From a virus (taxonomy: Duplodnaviria; Heunggongvirae; Uroviricota; Caudoviricetes): 31,774 bases of DNA. Location: IMG/VR virus record IMGVR_UViG_2579779052_000011; one strand, 5' to 3'. Below the pieces are notes generated by a model, which was not told the origin of the DNA, ran no database searches, and worked only from the letters and a program-made list of their open reading frames with translations. Every line of letters begins with the position of its first letter. The first letter of the stretch is position 1. The translations under genes were made by a program, and so were the position numbers. Positions 17,263 to 26,594 of this stretch are shown in pieces.

Positions 17263-17675
17263 TGATTGTGCTGGTTGTGTTGTTATCGCTGGCGGTGGCG
17301 GGTCTGTTTCTGGCGAAGCATAAAAACGCCAGCCTGCGCACCTCACTGGACAGGGTAAACAACGTAGCCAGCGAGCAGCAGGCGACCATCACCATGCTGA
17401 AAAATCAGCTTCATGTTGCGCTCACCAGGGCAGACAAAAACGAGCTGGCGCAGGTGGCACTGCGTCAGGAACTGGAGAACGCCGCGAAGCGTGAAGCACA
17501 GCGCGAGAAAACCATCACGAGGTTACTTAATGAAAACGAAGATTTTCGCCGCTGGTATGGTGCTGACCTGCCTGATGCTGTGCGCCGGTTGCACCAGCGC
17601 CCCGCCTGCACTGACGCCAGTGATTGTCCACAACGCCTGCCCGAAAGTGAGCCTTTGCCCGATGCCGGGCAGTGA
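17250..17675 (+). CDS. lysB: Rz-like inner-membrane spanin LysB
   Basis: 141-aa ORF with N-terminal TM helix. Confidence 0.85.
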   Translation: MSRLMIVLVVLLSLAVAGLFLAKHKNASLRTSLDRVNNVASEQQATITMLKNQLHVALTRADKNELAQVALRQELENAAKREAQREKTITRLLNENEDFRRWYGADLPDAVRRLHQRPACTDASDCPQRLPESEPLPDAGQ

Positions 17676-17820
17676 CCCGGAGACGAACGGTGATTTAAGT
17701 GCCGATATCCGGCAGCTTGAGAACGCGCTGGCGCGCTGTGCCAGCCAGGTAAAAATGATTAAACACTGTCAGGACGAAAACGATGCTCAAACCCGACAGC
17801 CTGCGCAGGGCGCTGACTGA
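17530..17820 (+). CDS. lysC: Rz1-like outer-membrane lipoprotein spanin LysC
   Basis: 96-aa ORF in the +1 frame overlapping the 3' end of lysB; signal peptide with lipobox LCAGC. Confidence 0.8.
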   Translation: MKTKIFAAGMVLTCLMLCAGCTSAPPALTPVIVHNACPKVSLCPMPGSDPETNGDLSADIRQLENALARCASQVKMIKHCQDENDAQTRQPAQGAD

Positions 17821-18250
17821 TGCCGTCACGGTGCTGAAAACTAACCCCGATATGCTGCGGATATTCGTGGATAACGGGAGTATTGCCTCCACACTGGCGA
17901 CGTCGCTGTCATTCGAAAAGCGTTACACGCTCAATGTGATTGTGACCGACTTTACCGGTGATTTTGACCTGCTCATCGTGCCGGTGCTGGCGTGGCTGCG
18001 GGAAAATCAGCCCGACATCATGACCACCGACGCAGGCCAGAAAAAGGGCTTCACGTTTTATGCAGACATCAACAATGACAGCAGCTTTGATATCAGCATC
18101 AGCCTGATGCTGACCGAGCGCACGCTGGTCAGTGAGGTGGACGGCGCACTGCATGTGAAGAATATCCCGGAACCCACGCCGCCGGAGCCGGTCACCCGCC
18201 CGGTGGAGCTTTATATCAATGGCGAACTGGTGAGCCAGTGGGATGAATGA
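17783..18250 (+). CDS. R: Tail completion protein, P2 gpR-like
   Basis: 155-aa ORF. Confidence 0.85.
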   Translation: MLKPDSLRRALTDAVTVLKTNPDMLRIFVDNGSIASTLATSLSFEKRYTLNVIVTDFTGDFDLLIVPVLAWLRENQPDIMTTDAGQKKGFTFYADINNDSSFDISISLMLTERTLVSEVDGALHVKNIPEPTPPEPVTRPVELYINGELVSQWDE

Positions 18251-18695
18251 GTTTAAGCGTTTTGAAGACCGGCTGACCGGACTGATTGATTCGCTGTCAC
18301 CGTCAGGGCGTCGGCGACTGAGCGCCGAACTGGCGAAACGTCTGCGGCAGAGTCAGCAGCGTCGGGTGATGGCTCAGAAAGCCCCGGACGGCACACCCTA
18401 CGCGCCACGCCAGCAGCAGAGCGCCAGAAAAAAGACTGGTCGTGTTAAGCGAAAAATGTTTGCGAAACTTATCACCAGTCGTTTTTTGCATATCCGCGCC
18501 AGCCCGGAACAGGCATCAATGGAGTTTTACGGCGGGGAGTCACCGAAAAACGCCAGTGTGCATCAGTTCGGTCTGTCGGAAGAAAACCGGAAAGACGGTA
18601 AGAAAATTGATTATCCGGCGCGCCCTCTGCTCGGCTTCACCGGTGAGGATGTACAGATGATTGAAGAGATTATCCTGGCTCACCTCGACCGTTAG
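18243..18695 (+). CDS. S: Tail completion protein, P2 gpS-like
   Basis: 150-aa ORF. Confidence 0.85.
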   Translation: MNEFKRFEDRLTGLIDSLSPSGRRRLSAELAKRLRQSQQRRVMAQKAPDGTPYAPRQQQSARKKTGRVKRKMFAKLITSRFLHIRASPEQASMEFYGGESPKNASVHQFGLSEENRKDGKKIDYPARPLLGFTGEDVQMIEEIILAHLDR

Positions 18696-18761
18696 TTGTG
18701 CCATTCCCGACACCTCATCGTCACATTGCCGCCGGTATGACCCGGCGGCATCCTTCCCGTT

Positions 18762-19397
18762 ATGAACACTCTCGCAAATATTCAGGAAATCGCGCGCGCA
18801 CTGCGCAACATGATCCGCACCGGCCTTGTCGTCGAAACCGACCTTAACGCCGGTCGCTGCCGTGTGCAGACCGGCGGCATGTGCACTGACTGGCTTCAGT
18901 GGCTGACCCATCGTGCCGGTCGTTCGCGCACATGGTGGGCACCTTCCGTGGGGGAGCAGGTGCTGATTCTGGCCGTGGGCGGTGAACTCGACACGGCGTT
19001 CGTTCTGCCGGGGATTTATTCCGGCGATAACCCCGCGCCGTCTGCGTCGGCGGATGCCCTGCATATCCGTTTCCCTGACGGGGCGGTGATTGAATATGAA
19101 CCCGAAACCAGTGCACTCACGGTAAGCGGAATTAAAACGGCCAGCGTGACGGCTTCTGATTCTGTTACTGCCACGGTACCGGTGGTCACGGTGAAAGCGT
19201 CAACCCGTGTCACCCTGGACACACCGGAAGTGGTCTGCACTAACAAACTGACTACCGGCACGCTGGAAGTGCAGAAGGGCGGGACGATGCGCGGCAACAT
19301 TGAACATACCGGCGGTGAACTCTCATCAAACGGTAAGGTACTGCATACCCACAAACACCACGGCGACAGCGGCGGCACAACCGGGAGTCCTTTATGA
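18762..19397 (+). CDS. V: Baseplate spike protein, P2 gpV-like
   Basis: 211-aa ORF. Confidence 0.85.
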   Translation: MNTLANIQEIARALRNMIRTGLVVETDLNAGRCRVQTGGMCTDWLQWLTHRAGRSRTWWAPSVGEQVLILAVGGELDTAFVLPGIYSGDNPAPSASADALHIRFPDGAVIEYEPETSALTVSGIKTASVTASDSVTATVPVVTVKASTRVTLDTPEVVCTNKLTTGTLEVQKGGTMRGNIEHTGGELSSNGKVLHTHKHHGDSGGTTGSPL

Positions 19398-19741
19398 CAG
19401 CGCGTTATCTCGGAATGAATCGCAGTGATGGCCTGACTGTCACTGACCTTGAGCATATCAGCCAGAGTATCGGCGATATCCTGCGCACACCGGTCGGCTC
19501 ACGGGTGATGCGTCGTGATTACGGCTCGTTGCTGGCGTCAATGATTGACCAGCCGCAGACCCCGGCGCTTGAGTTGCAGATTAAAGTCGCCTGTTACATG
19601 GCAGTGCTGAAATGGGAACCCCGCGTCACCCTGTCATCCGTCACCACGGCGCGCAGTTTTGACGGGCGAATGACGGTCACGTTAACCGGCCAGCACAACG
19701 ACACCGGCCAGCCACTTTCGTTAACCATCCCTGTGAGTTGA
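19394..19741 (+). CDS. W: Baseplate wedge protein, P2 gpW-like
   Basis: 115-aa ORF overlapping the V stop. Confidence 0.85.
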   Translation: MTARYLGMNRSDGLTVTDLEHISQSIGDILRTPVGSRVMRRDYGSLLASMIDQPQTPALELQIKVACYMAVLKWEPRVTLSSVTTARSFDGRMTVTLTGQHNDTGQPLSLTIPVS

Positions 19742-19745
19742 AACC

Positions 19746-20654
19746 ATGCCGATTATCGACCTGAACCAGCTACCCGCACCGGATGTGGTCGAGGAGCTGG
19801 ACTTTGAAACCATTCTTGCCGAACGCAAGGCGACACTGATTTCCCTTTACCCGGAAGACCAGCAGGAGGCGGTCGCCCGTACCCTGACGCTGGAATCTGA
19901 GCCTCTCGTCAAACTGCTGGAGGAAAATGCTTATCGTGAGCTTATCTGGCGTCAGCGTGTGAATGAGGCCGCACGGGCGGTGATGCTGGCCTGTGCTGCC
20001 GGTAATGACCTTGATGTAATTGGTGCCAATTACAACACCACGCGCCTGATTATCACCCCGGCAGATGATTCGACCATTCCGCCGACACCGGCAGTGATGG
20101 AATCTGACACCGATTATCGTCTGCGTATTCAGCAGGCATTTGAGGGCTTAAGCGTCGCCGGGTCGGTGGGAGCCTATCAGTATCATGGCCGCAGTGCCGA
20201 CGGGCGTGTCGCGGATATCTCTGTCACCAGTCCGTCTCCGGCCTGCGTCACTATCTCTGTGCTGTCACGTGAAAATAACGGCGTCGCATCCGAAGACCTG
20301 CTGGCCGTGGTGCGTAACGCCCTTAATGGCGAGGACGTCAGGCCGGTGGCCGACCGCGTGACCGTGCAGTCTGCCGCCATCGTTGAATACCAGATAAACG
20401 CCACGCTTTACCTTTACCCTGGTCCCGAAAGCGAACCCATCCGCGCTGCTGCCGTGAAAAAGCTGGAAGCGTACATCACGGCACAGCACCGGCTGGGGCG
20501 CGACATCCGTCTGTCTGCCATTTATGCCGCGTTGCATGTGGAAGGCGTGCAGCGTGTCGAGCTGGCCGCACCTCTGGCTGACATTGTGCTCAACAGTACG
20601 CAGGCGTCTTTCTGCACCGAATACAGCGTCGTGACCGGAGGCTCGGATGAGTGA
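19746..20654 (+). CDS. J: Baseplate protein, P2 gpJ-like
   Basis: 302-aa ORF. Confidence 0.85.
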   Translation: MPIIDLNQLPAPDVVEELDFETILAERKATLISLYPEDQQEAVARTLTLESEPLVKLLEENAYRELIWRQRVNEAARAVMLACAAGNDLDVIGANYNTTRLIITPADDSTIPPTPAVMESDTDYRLRIQQAFEGLSVAGSVGAYQYHGRSADGRVADISVTSPSPACVTISVLSRENNGVASEDLLAVVRNALNGEDVRPVADRVTVQSAAIVEYQINATLYLYPGPESEPIRAAAVKKLEAYITAQHRLGRDIRLSAIYAALHVEGVQRVELAAPLADIVLNSTQASFCTEYSVVTGGSDE

Positions 20655-21258
20655 TTCGCGCCTGCTGCCGACCGGCTCATCACCGCTTGAAGTTGCCGCC
20701 GCAAAAGCCTGTGCGGAAATTGAAAAAACGCCGGTCAGTATTCGTGAGCTGTGGAACCCGGATACCTGTCCGGCAAATCTGCTGCCGTGGCTGGCGTGGT
20801 CATTTTCGGTTGACCGCTGGGATGATAAGTGGCCGGAAGCGACAAAACGCGCTGTTATCCGCGATGCGTATTTCATTCACTGCCATAAGGGCACTATTGG
20901 TGCGATTCGCCGTGTGGTGGAGCCGCTCGGCTATCTGATTGAGGTGAGGGAGTGGTGGCAGCTCAACGAGGAGCCGGGGACGTTCCGCATCGTTGTTGGC
21001 GTGCTTGAGCAGGGTATTACCGAGGAAATGTATCAGGAGCTGGAGCGTCTCGTTGCTGATGCAAAACCTGCAAGCCGCCATCTGACGGGACTGGCTATCA
21101 GTTTAAGTACAACCGGCAACATTTTTGCCGGTGCGGGATGCTATCACGGCGACGCCCTGACGGTTTATCCCTACACCCCGGAGGCCATTATTGTCGGAGG
21201 GGATTATTTCCCGGCCTCGGCCATTCATTTAATTGATAACCTGAGAGTAAACGCATGA
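20647..21258 (+). CDS. I: Baseplate protein, P2 gpI-like
   Basis: 203-aa ORF overlapping the J stop; longer than the length I recall for P2 I. Confidence 0.8.
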   Translation: MSDSRLLPTGSSPLEVAAAKACAEIEKTPVSIRELWNPDTCPANLLPWLAWSFSVDRWDDKWPEATKRAVIRDAYFIHCHKGTIGAIRRVVEPLGYLIEVREWWQLNEEPGTFRIVVGVLEQGITEEMYQELERLVADAKPASRHLTGLAISLSTTGNIFAGAGCYHGDALTVYPYTPEAIIVGGDYFPASAIHLIDNLRVNA

Positions 21259-22454
21259 CAGTGAAATACTACGCCATTCTGACTAATCAGGGCGCGGCAC
21301 GGCTGGCTAACGCGACGATGCTCGGCAGTAAGCTGAATCTGACGCAAATGGCCGTTGGTGATGCAAATGGTGTCTTGCCGACACCAGACCCGGCACAGAC
21401 AAAACTTATTAACCAGAAACGCATCGCGCCGCTGAATCTTCTGAGTGTTGACCCGAACAACCAGAGCCAGATTATTGCGGAGCAAATCATCCCTGAGAAC
21501 GAGGGCGGATTCTGGATCCGTGAGATTGGGCTTTATGATGATGAAGGCGTACTCATTGCGGTGGCGAACTGCCCGGAAACGTACAAACCGCAGTTGCAGG
21601 AAGGCAGTGGTCGTACCCAGACTATCCGCATGATTCTGGTTGTCACGAATACCGAAGCTATCACGCTGAAAATCGACCCGTCGGTGGTACTGGCGACCCG
21701 TAAATACGTGGATGATGAAGTCCTGGAATTAAGGCTGTATGTGGATGACCAAATGAGAAACCACATTGCCGCACAGGACCCTCATACCCAGTATGCACAG
21801 AAACATAATCCGACATTTACCGGAGAACCAAAAGCGCCGACGCCTGCCGCAGGAAATAACACCACGCGGATTGCGACCACTGAGTTTGTTCAGGCCGCTA
21901 TTACCGCTCTGATTAACGGTGCGCCAGCCACGCTGGACACACTGAAAGAAATTGCCGCAGCCATTAACAATGACCCGAAATTCAGTACCACCATTAACAA
22001 TGCGCTGTCAGGTAAGCAGCCACGGGACAATACGCTGACTAATTTGAGTGGAAAGGATGTAGCTGGTCTTCTCGCATACCTTGGTTTGGGAGAAGCGGCA
22101 AAACGGGGGGTGGGAACAGGGGAAAATCAGATACCGGACATGGCTTCATTTAGTGGGGTGAGGGATTATTACGGAAAACAACTTTTGCCAGGAGGGTTGA
22201 TACTTCAGTGGCTGACGATTCCATCAAGTGCAGCAGCCAAAGCTGTAACACTGAATAATGGTAATTATCAGCTGTCAGGCTATAAATGGCCCCAGTCATT
22301 TGGTGTCCTGTTTGCTGTGTTTGCTACAAAAGTTTCTGGCTCGACTAACGAAGCATATGCAATCTCAGTTAATCGTCACTCTACCGATGTAATTGTCACC
22401 TGGAATGCCCGTAAGGCTGATGATGTCCACATTTTAGGAATTGGGAAATTATGA
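21255..22454 (+). CDS. H: Tail fibre protein (H-like conserved N-terminus plus a variable C-terminal domain encoded inside the invertible segment)
   Basis: 399-aa ORF; the part after about 22082 lies inside the invertible segment. Confidence 0.85.
   Translation: MTVKYYAILTNQGAARLANATMLGSKLNLTQMAVGDANGVLPTPDPAQTKLINQKRIAPLNLLSVDPNNQSQIIAEQIIPENEGGFWIREIGLYDDEGVLIAVANCPETYKPQLQEGSGRTQTIRMILVVTNTEAITLKIDPSVVLATRKYVDDEVLELRLYVDDQMRNHIAAQDPHTQYAQKHNPTFTGEPKAPTPAAGNNTTRIATTEFVQAAITALINGAPATLDTLKEIAAAINNDPKFSTTINNALSGKQPRDNTLTNLSGKDVAGLLAYLGLGEAAKRGVGTGENQIPDMASFSGVRDYYGKQLLPGGLILQWLTIPSSAAAKAVTLNNGNYQLSGYKWPQSFGVLFAVFATKVSGSTNEAYAISVNRHSTDVIVTWNARKADDVHILGIGKL
22069..22094. other. Putative invertase crossover site, left (gix/hix-like)
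   Basis: TTCTCGCATACC-TT-GGTTTGGGAGAA inside the H coding sequence; inverted partner at 23655-23680. Confidence 0.5.
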
Positions 22455-22870
22455 AAATGAAATGGTCCCCATCTGTTCAGGGATTTTTCTCTGAAAATAA
22501 CAGCGATATTCCCGATGATGCTTTCGATATTGAAGATGCTCTTTATTATGAACTTATGAATGGTCAGAGTACGGGGAAAATTATTATCAATAACCCGGAT
22601 AACTACCCTGTACTTACTGAATATCCAGCGAAGACACAGGAACAGGAAATAGCTGAAGCGGAGGGAATGAAAAGTATACTTATTGAACAGGCCAACGAAT
22701 ACATGAACAGTAAGCAATGGCCTGGTAAAGCCGCTATTGGTCGTCTGAAAGGTGAGGAACTGGCGCAATATAATTTGTGGCTGGATTATCTGGACGCACT
22801 GGAACTGGTTGATACCTCCAGTGCTCCAGATATTGAATGGCCTACGCCTCCGGCAGTTCAGGCCAGATGA
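22451..22870 (+). CDS. Tail fibre assembly chaperone (currently expressed orientation)
   Basis: 139-aa ORF immediately after H; C-terminus ...[11 protein letters not shown] resembles the Tfa family. Confidence 0.8.
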   Translation: MKMKWSPSVQGFFSENNSDIPDDAFDIEDALYYELMNGQSTGKIIINNPDNYPVLTEYPAKTQEQEIAEAEGMKSILIEQANEYMNSKQWPGKAAIGRLKGEELAQYNLWLDYLDALELVDTSSAPDIEWPTPPAVQAR

Positions 22871-23273
22871 CATCCGGCGCAGGGGAAGTATCTACCGCTT
22901 CCAATTTCTTGGCATAACTCCGCCAGGCTATGAGCCTGGCTTTATCTGCATCGCTGATAATTCCGAGCAGTAAATCAGTCTGCCATTCACGAACAGCTTC
23001 CGCAGATTCGGCCATTAGCTGCGCTTTTTGGTTTTCTGCCTCCTGCACTGCGATAGCGTGAAGCTCATCATCTGTTGGAGGCGGAATATCTTCCCACGCA
23101 GGCAAACCATCAGCACCCGGCACACGTCGCTTCCCGTCGTTTTCTCCGATAAAAAATTCTGCAAAAATCTCGTTCGAAACAGGGACGGCATCAGTAAATG
23201 CGTCTGTTTTCAGTAAAGTACTTCCTGCAGCAATGAACACATTCTTTTTTGCGCTGTAATAGTAACTGGTCAT
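22842..23273 (-). CDS. Alternative tail fibre assembly chaperone (inverted orientation)
   Basis: 143-aa ORF, convergent and overlapping the plus-strand tfa by 29 bp; similar C-terminus ...[10 protein letters not shown]. Confidence 0.75.
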   Translation of the reverse strand: MTSYYYSAKKNVFIAAGSTLLKTDAFTDAVPVSNEIFAEFFIGENDGKRRVPGADGLPAWEDIPPPTDDELHAIAVQEAENQKAQLMAESAEAVREWQTDLLLGIISDADKARLIAWRSYAKKLEAVDTSPAPDVIWPELPEA

Positions 23274-23708
23274 TTACACTCTCCCTACGGCAATCCAGTG
23301 CGCCGTTGCTGAGCCGCCCTTGAACGTTTTATCTGCTCCCTGCCACCAGATCGAGCGGAACCCGAAAGAGGTTGTTCCCAGCGATTGAGCACCATAGATC
23401 ACTAACCCTGAGTACACGTTCCCGGACGAAACCCAGTTCGACACCGCAGATTCCCCCGTCAGAACGCTATAGAAACTCATCGCAAGGCCAAGGTTCACGG
23501 TCGCAAATCCATTTGCATCTGTAGACACCTTACCGCCCTGAATAACAATGCCTCCCGGCAGTTGCATCACAAAGGCATTAACGTTGCCTGTAACTGTGAA
23601 TGATGACATATCCGGCACTTGGCCCGTTCCGGTTCCAACATCTTTTTTGGCTGCTGTTCCTAAACCAACGTTTAAGAAAATGCAGAGATTACGGCTAACT
23701 GGCATCAT
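23274..23708 (-). CDS. Alternative tail-fibre C-terminal (receptor-binding) domain, silent in this orientation
   Basis: 144-aa ORF whose N-terminal region (GLGTAAKKDVGTGTGQVPDMSSF) parallels H residues [23 protein letters not shown]; no promoter of its own. Confidence 0.7.
   Translation of the reverse strand: MMPVSRNLCIFLNVGLGTAAKKDVGTGTGQVPDMSSFTVTGNVNAFVMQLPGGIVIQGGKVSTDANGFATVNLGLAMSFYSVLTGESAVSNWVSSGNVYSGLVIYGAQSLGTTSFGFRSIWWQGADKTFKGGSATAHWIAVGRV
23655..23680. other. Putative invertase crossover site, right (gix/hix-like)
   Basis: Reverse complement reads TTTTCTTAAACG-TT-GGTTTAGGAACA, matching the left site in the core and right half. Confidence 0.5.
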
Positions 23709-23735
23709 CCCCGGTTTTTATTCAGGGGATCCATC

Positions 23736-24329
23736 ATGCTTATTGGCTATGTCCGCGTGTCAACAAATGACCAGAATACGGAATTGCAGCGTAACGCGCT
23801 GGAGTGTGCAGGATGTGAGCTGATTTTTGAGGATAAAATCAGCGGCACGAAGTCCGACAGGCCGGGACTGAAAAAACTGCTCAGGACATTATCGGAGGGG
23901 GATACACTGGTAGTCTGGAAGCTGGACCGGCTGGGGCGTAGTATGCGGCATCTGGTTATTCTGGTTGAGGAGCTGCGCGAACGCGGCATTAATTTTCGCA
24001 GCCTGACGGATGCCATTGATACCAGCACGCCGATGGGACGTTTTTTCTTTCATGTGATGGGTGCCCTGGCTGAAATGGAACGAGAACTCATTGTCGAGCG
24101 GACTCGCGCCGGACTGGAAGCGGCCAGAGCCAAAGGTCGTATTGGTGGCAGACGTCCGAAGCTCACCGCGAGTGAGTGGGAACAGGCAGGACGGTTGCTG
24201 GCTGCGGGTGAATCACGTCAACGCGTGGCGCTGATTTTTGATATTGGCCTGTCCACGCTCTATAAAAAATTCCCCTCATCAGCGACAAAGAATAAATTGT
24301 GTCATCCCTTAGCCAACCGGGACAAATAG
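23736..24329 (+). CDS. Serine recombinase / DNA invertase (Hin/Gin/Cin/Pin family)
   Basis: 197-aa ORF with the resolvase N-terminal motif (GYVRVST, catalytic Ser) and a C-terminal HTH; adjacent to the invertible fibre segment. Confidence 0.9.
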   Translation: MLIGYVRVSTNDQNTELQRNALECAGCELIFEDKISGTKSDRPGLKKLLRTLSEGDTLVVWKLDRLGRSMRHLVILVEELRERGINFRSLTDAIDTSTPMGRFFFHVMGALAEMERELIVERTRAGLEAARAKGRIGGRRPKLTASEWEQAGRLLAAGESRQRVALIFDIGLSTLYKKFPSSATKNKLCHPLANRDK

Positions 24330-24388
24330 CCTGACATCTCCGGCACAACTGAAAATACCACTCACCCATTAACCACGGAGTTAAACGG

Positions 24389-25579
24389 ATGAGTGACTAT
24401 CATCACGGCGTGCAGGTGCTGGAGATTAACGACGGCACCCGCGTCATTTCCACCGTATCCACTGCCATTGTCGGCATGGTCTGTACGGCCAGCGATGCGG
24501 ATGCGGAAACCTTCCCCCTCAATAAACCGGTGCTGATTACCAATGTGCAGAGCGCAATTGCAAAGGCCGGTAAAAAAGGCACGCTGGCGGCATCGTTGCA
24601 GGCCATCGCTGACCAGTCAAAACCGGTTACCGTTGTCGTGCGTGTTGAAGACGGCACCGGCGACGACGAAGAAACGAAACTCGCGCAGACCGTTTCCAAT
24701 ATCATCGGCACCACTGACGAAAACGGTCAGTATACCGGACTGAAAGCCCTGCTGGCGGCAGAGTCGGTAACCGGTGTTAAACCGCGTATTCTCGGCGTGC
24801 CGGGACTGGACACCAAAGAGGTGGCTGTTGCACTGGCATCAGTCTGTCAGAAGCTGCGCGCTTTCGGGTATATCAGCGCATGGGGCTGTAAAACCATTTC
24901 CGAGGTGAAAGCCTACCGCCAGAATTTCAGCCAGCGTGAGCTGATGGTCATCTGGCCGGATTTCCTCGCATGGGATACGGTCAGCAGCACCACCGCCACC
25001 GCGTATGCCACCGCCCGTGCGCTGGGTCTGCGCGCTAAAATCGACCAGGAGCAGGGCTGGCATAAAACGCTGTCCAATGTCGGGGTAAACGGTGTTACCG
25101 GCATCAGTGCCTCTGTATTCTGGGATTTGCAGGAGTCCGGCACTGATGCTGACCTGTTGAACGAGTCAGGTGTCACAACGCTGATTCGCCGTGACGGTTT
25201 CCGCTTCTGGGGTAACCGTACCTGCTCTGATGACCCGCTGTTCCTCTTTGAAAACTACACCCGCACCGCGCAGGTGCTGGCCGACACGATGGCTGAGGCG
25301 CACATGTGGGCTGTGGACAAGCCCATCACTGCAACGCTGATTCGCGACATCGTTGACGGCATCAATGCCAAATTCCGTGAGCTGAAAACAAACGGCTATA
25401 TTGTGGATGCGACCTGCTGGTTCAGCGAAGAATCCAACGATGCGGAAACCCTCAAGGCCGGAAAACTGTATATCGACTACGACTATACACCGGTGCCTCC
25501 TCTTGAAAACCTGACCCTGCGCCAGCGTATTACCGATAAATACCTGGCAAATCTGGTCACCTCGGTTAACAGCAATTAA
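24389..25579 (+). CDS. FI: Tail sheath protein, P2 gpFI-like
   Basis: 396-aa ORF. Confidence 0.9.
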   Translation: MSDYHHGVQVLEINDGTRVISTVSTAIVGMVCTASDADAETFPLNKPVLITNVQSAIAKAGKKGTLAASLQAIADQSKPVTVVVRVEDGTGDDEETKLAQTVSNIIGTTDENGQYTGLKALLAAESVTGVKPRILGVPGLDTKEVAVALASVCQKLRAFGYISAWGCKTISEVKAYRQNFSQRELMVIWPDFLAWDTVSSTTATAYATARALGLRAKIDQEQGWHKTLSNVGVNGVTGISASVFWDLQESGTDADLLNESGVTTLIRRDGFRFWGNRTCSDDPLFLFENYTRTAQVLADTMAEAHMWAVDKPITATLIRDIVDGINAKFRELKTNGYIVDATCWFSEESNDAETLKAGKLYIDYDYTPVPPLENLTLRQRITDKYLANLVTSVNSN

Positions 25580-25591
25580 GGAGCCTGACCG

Positions 25592-26110
25592 ATGGCAATG
25601 CCGCGCAAACTCAAGTTAATGAACGTCTTTCTGAACGGCTACAGCTATCAGGGCGTCGCGAAGTCCGTCACGCTGCCAAAACTGACCCGTAAGCTCGAAA
25701 ACTATCGCGGTGCGGGGATGAACGGCAGCGCACCGGTAGACCTCGGCCTTGATGACGATGCGCTGTCAATGGAGTGGTCGCTCGGTGGCTTCCCGGATTC
25801 GGTTATCTGGGAGCTTTACGCCGCAACCGGTGTGGATGCCGTACCGATTCGTTTTGCAGGCTCTTACCAGCGCGACGATACCGGCGAAACGGTGGCCGTC
25901 GAGGTGGTCATGCGTGGACGTCAGAAAGAAATCGACACCGGCGAGGGCAAACAGGGAGAAGACACCGAGTCGAAAATCTCCGTGGTCTGCACCTATTTCC
26001 GGCTGACGATGGACGGTAAGGAGCTGGTCGAAATCGACACCATCAACATGATTGAGAAGGTGAACGGCGTCGACCGGCTGGAGCAACACCGCCGCAATAT
26101 CGGCCTGTGA
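25592..26110 (+). CDS. FII: Tail tube protein, P2 gpFII-like
   Basis: 172-aa ORF. Confidence 0.9.
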   Translation: MAMPRKLKLMNVFLNGYSYQGVAKSVTLPKLTRKLENYRGAGMNGSAPVDLGLDDDALSMEWSLGGFPDSVIWELYAATGVDAVPIRFAGSYQRDDTGETVAVEVVMRGRQKEIDTGEGKQGEDTESKISVVCTYFRLTMDGKELVEIDTINMIEKVNGVDRLEQHRRNIGL

Positions 26111-26166
26111 TTTTCATCCGGTTAGCCTGGCTGACCGGTTAACCCCGATTCAGAAGTGAGAAAACC

Positions 26167-26442
26167 ATGAACAAAGAAAACGTCATTACCCTGGACAATC
26201 CGGTCAAACGTGGTGAGCAGGTTATCGAACAGATCACGCTGATGAAACCCAATGCCGGGACGCTGCGCGGTGTCAGTCTGGCTGCAGTCGCGAACTCCGA
26301 AGTCGATGCACTGATTAAAGTGCTGCCGCGCATGACGGCACCGATGCTGACCGAGCAGGAAGTCGCCGCGCTGGAACTGCCTGACCTTGTGGCGCTGGCC
26401 GGTAAGGTGGTCGGTTTTTTGTCGCCGAACTCGGTGCAGTGA
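26167..26442 (+). CDS. E: Tail assembly chaperone, P2 gpE-like
   Basis: 91-aa ORF upstream of the tape measure gene. Confidence 0.85.
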   Translation: MNKENVITLDNPVKRGEQVIEQITLMKPNAGTLRGVSLAAVANSEVDALIKVLPRMTAPMLTEQEVAALELPDLVALAGKVVGFLSPNSVQ

Positions 26443-26594
26443 CGTTTCCGAAAAATCTCTCGGTCGATGACCTGATGGCGGATGTGGCAGTGATATTTCA
26501 CTGGCCGCCATCAGAACTGTATCCCATGAGCCTGACCGAACTCATCACATGGCGCGAAAAGGCGCTCCGGCGAAGCGGAAACACGAATGAGTAA
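26167..26594 (+). CDS. Tail assembly chaperone E+E' made by programmed -1 frameshift
   Basis: Slippery GGTTTTTTG at 26413-26421; the -1 frame stays open to TAA at 26592-26594 and overlaps the T start. Confidence 0.7.

Larger units (their letters stand above)
22082..23667. other. Invertible tail-fibre segment (about 1.6 kb) carrying two alternative fibre C-termini with their assembly chaperones
   Basis: Bounded by the two inverted sites; contains convergent tfa genes and an oppositely oriented promoterless fibre C-terminus. Confidence 0.65.

Noticed and set aside
17413-17529. Upstream extension of lysC (ORF listed from 17413)
   Set aside because: The signal peptide and lipobox begin at the ATG at 17530, which gives the 96-aa length expected for LysC
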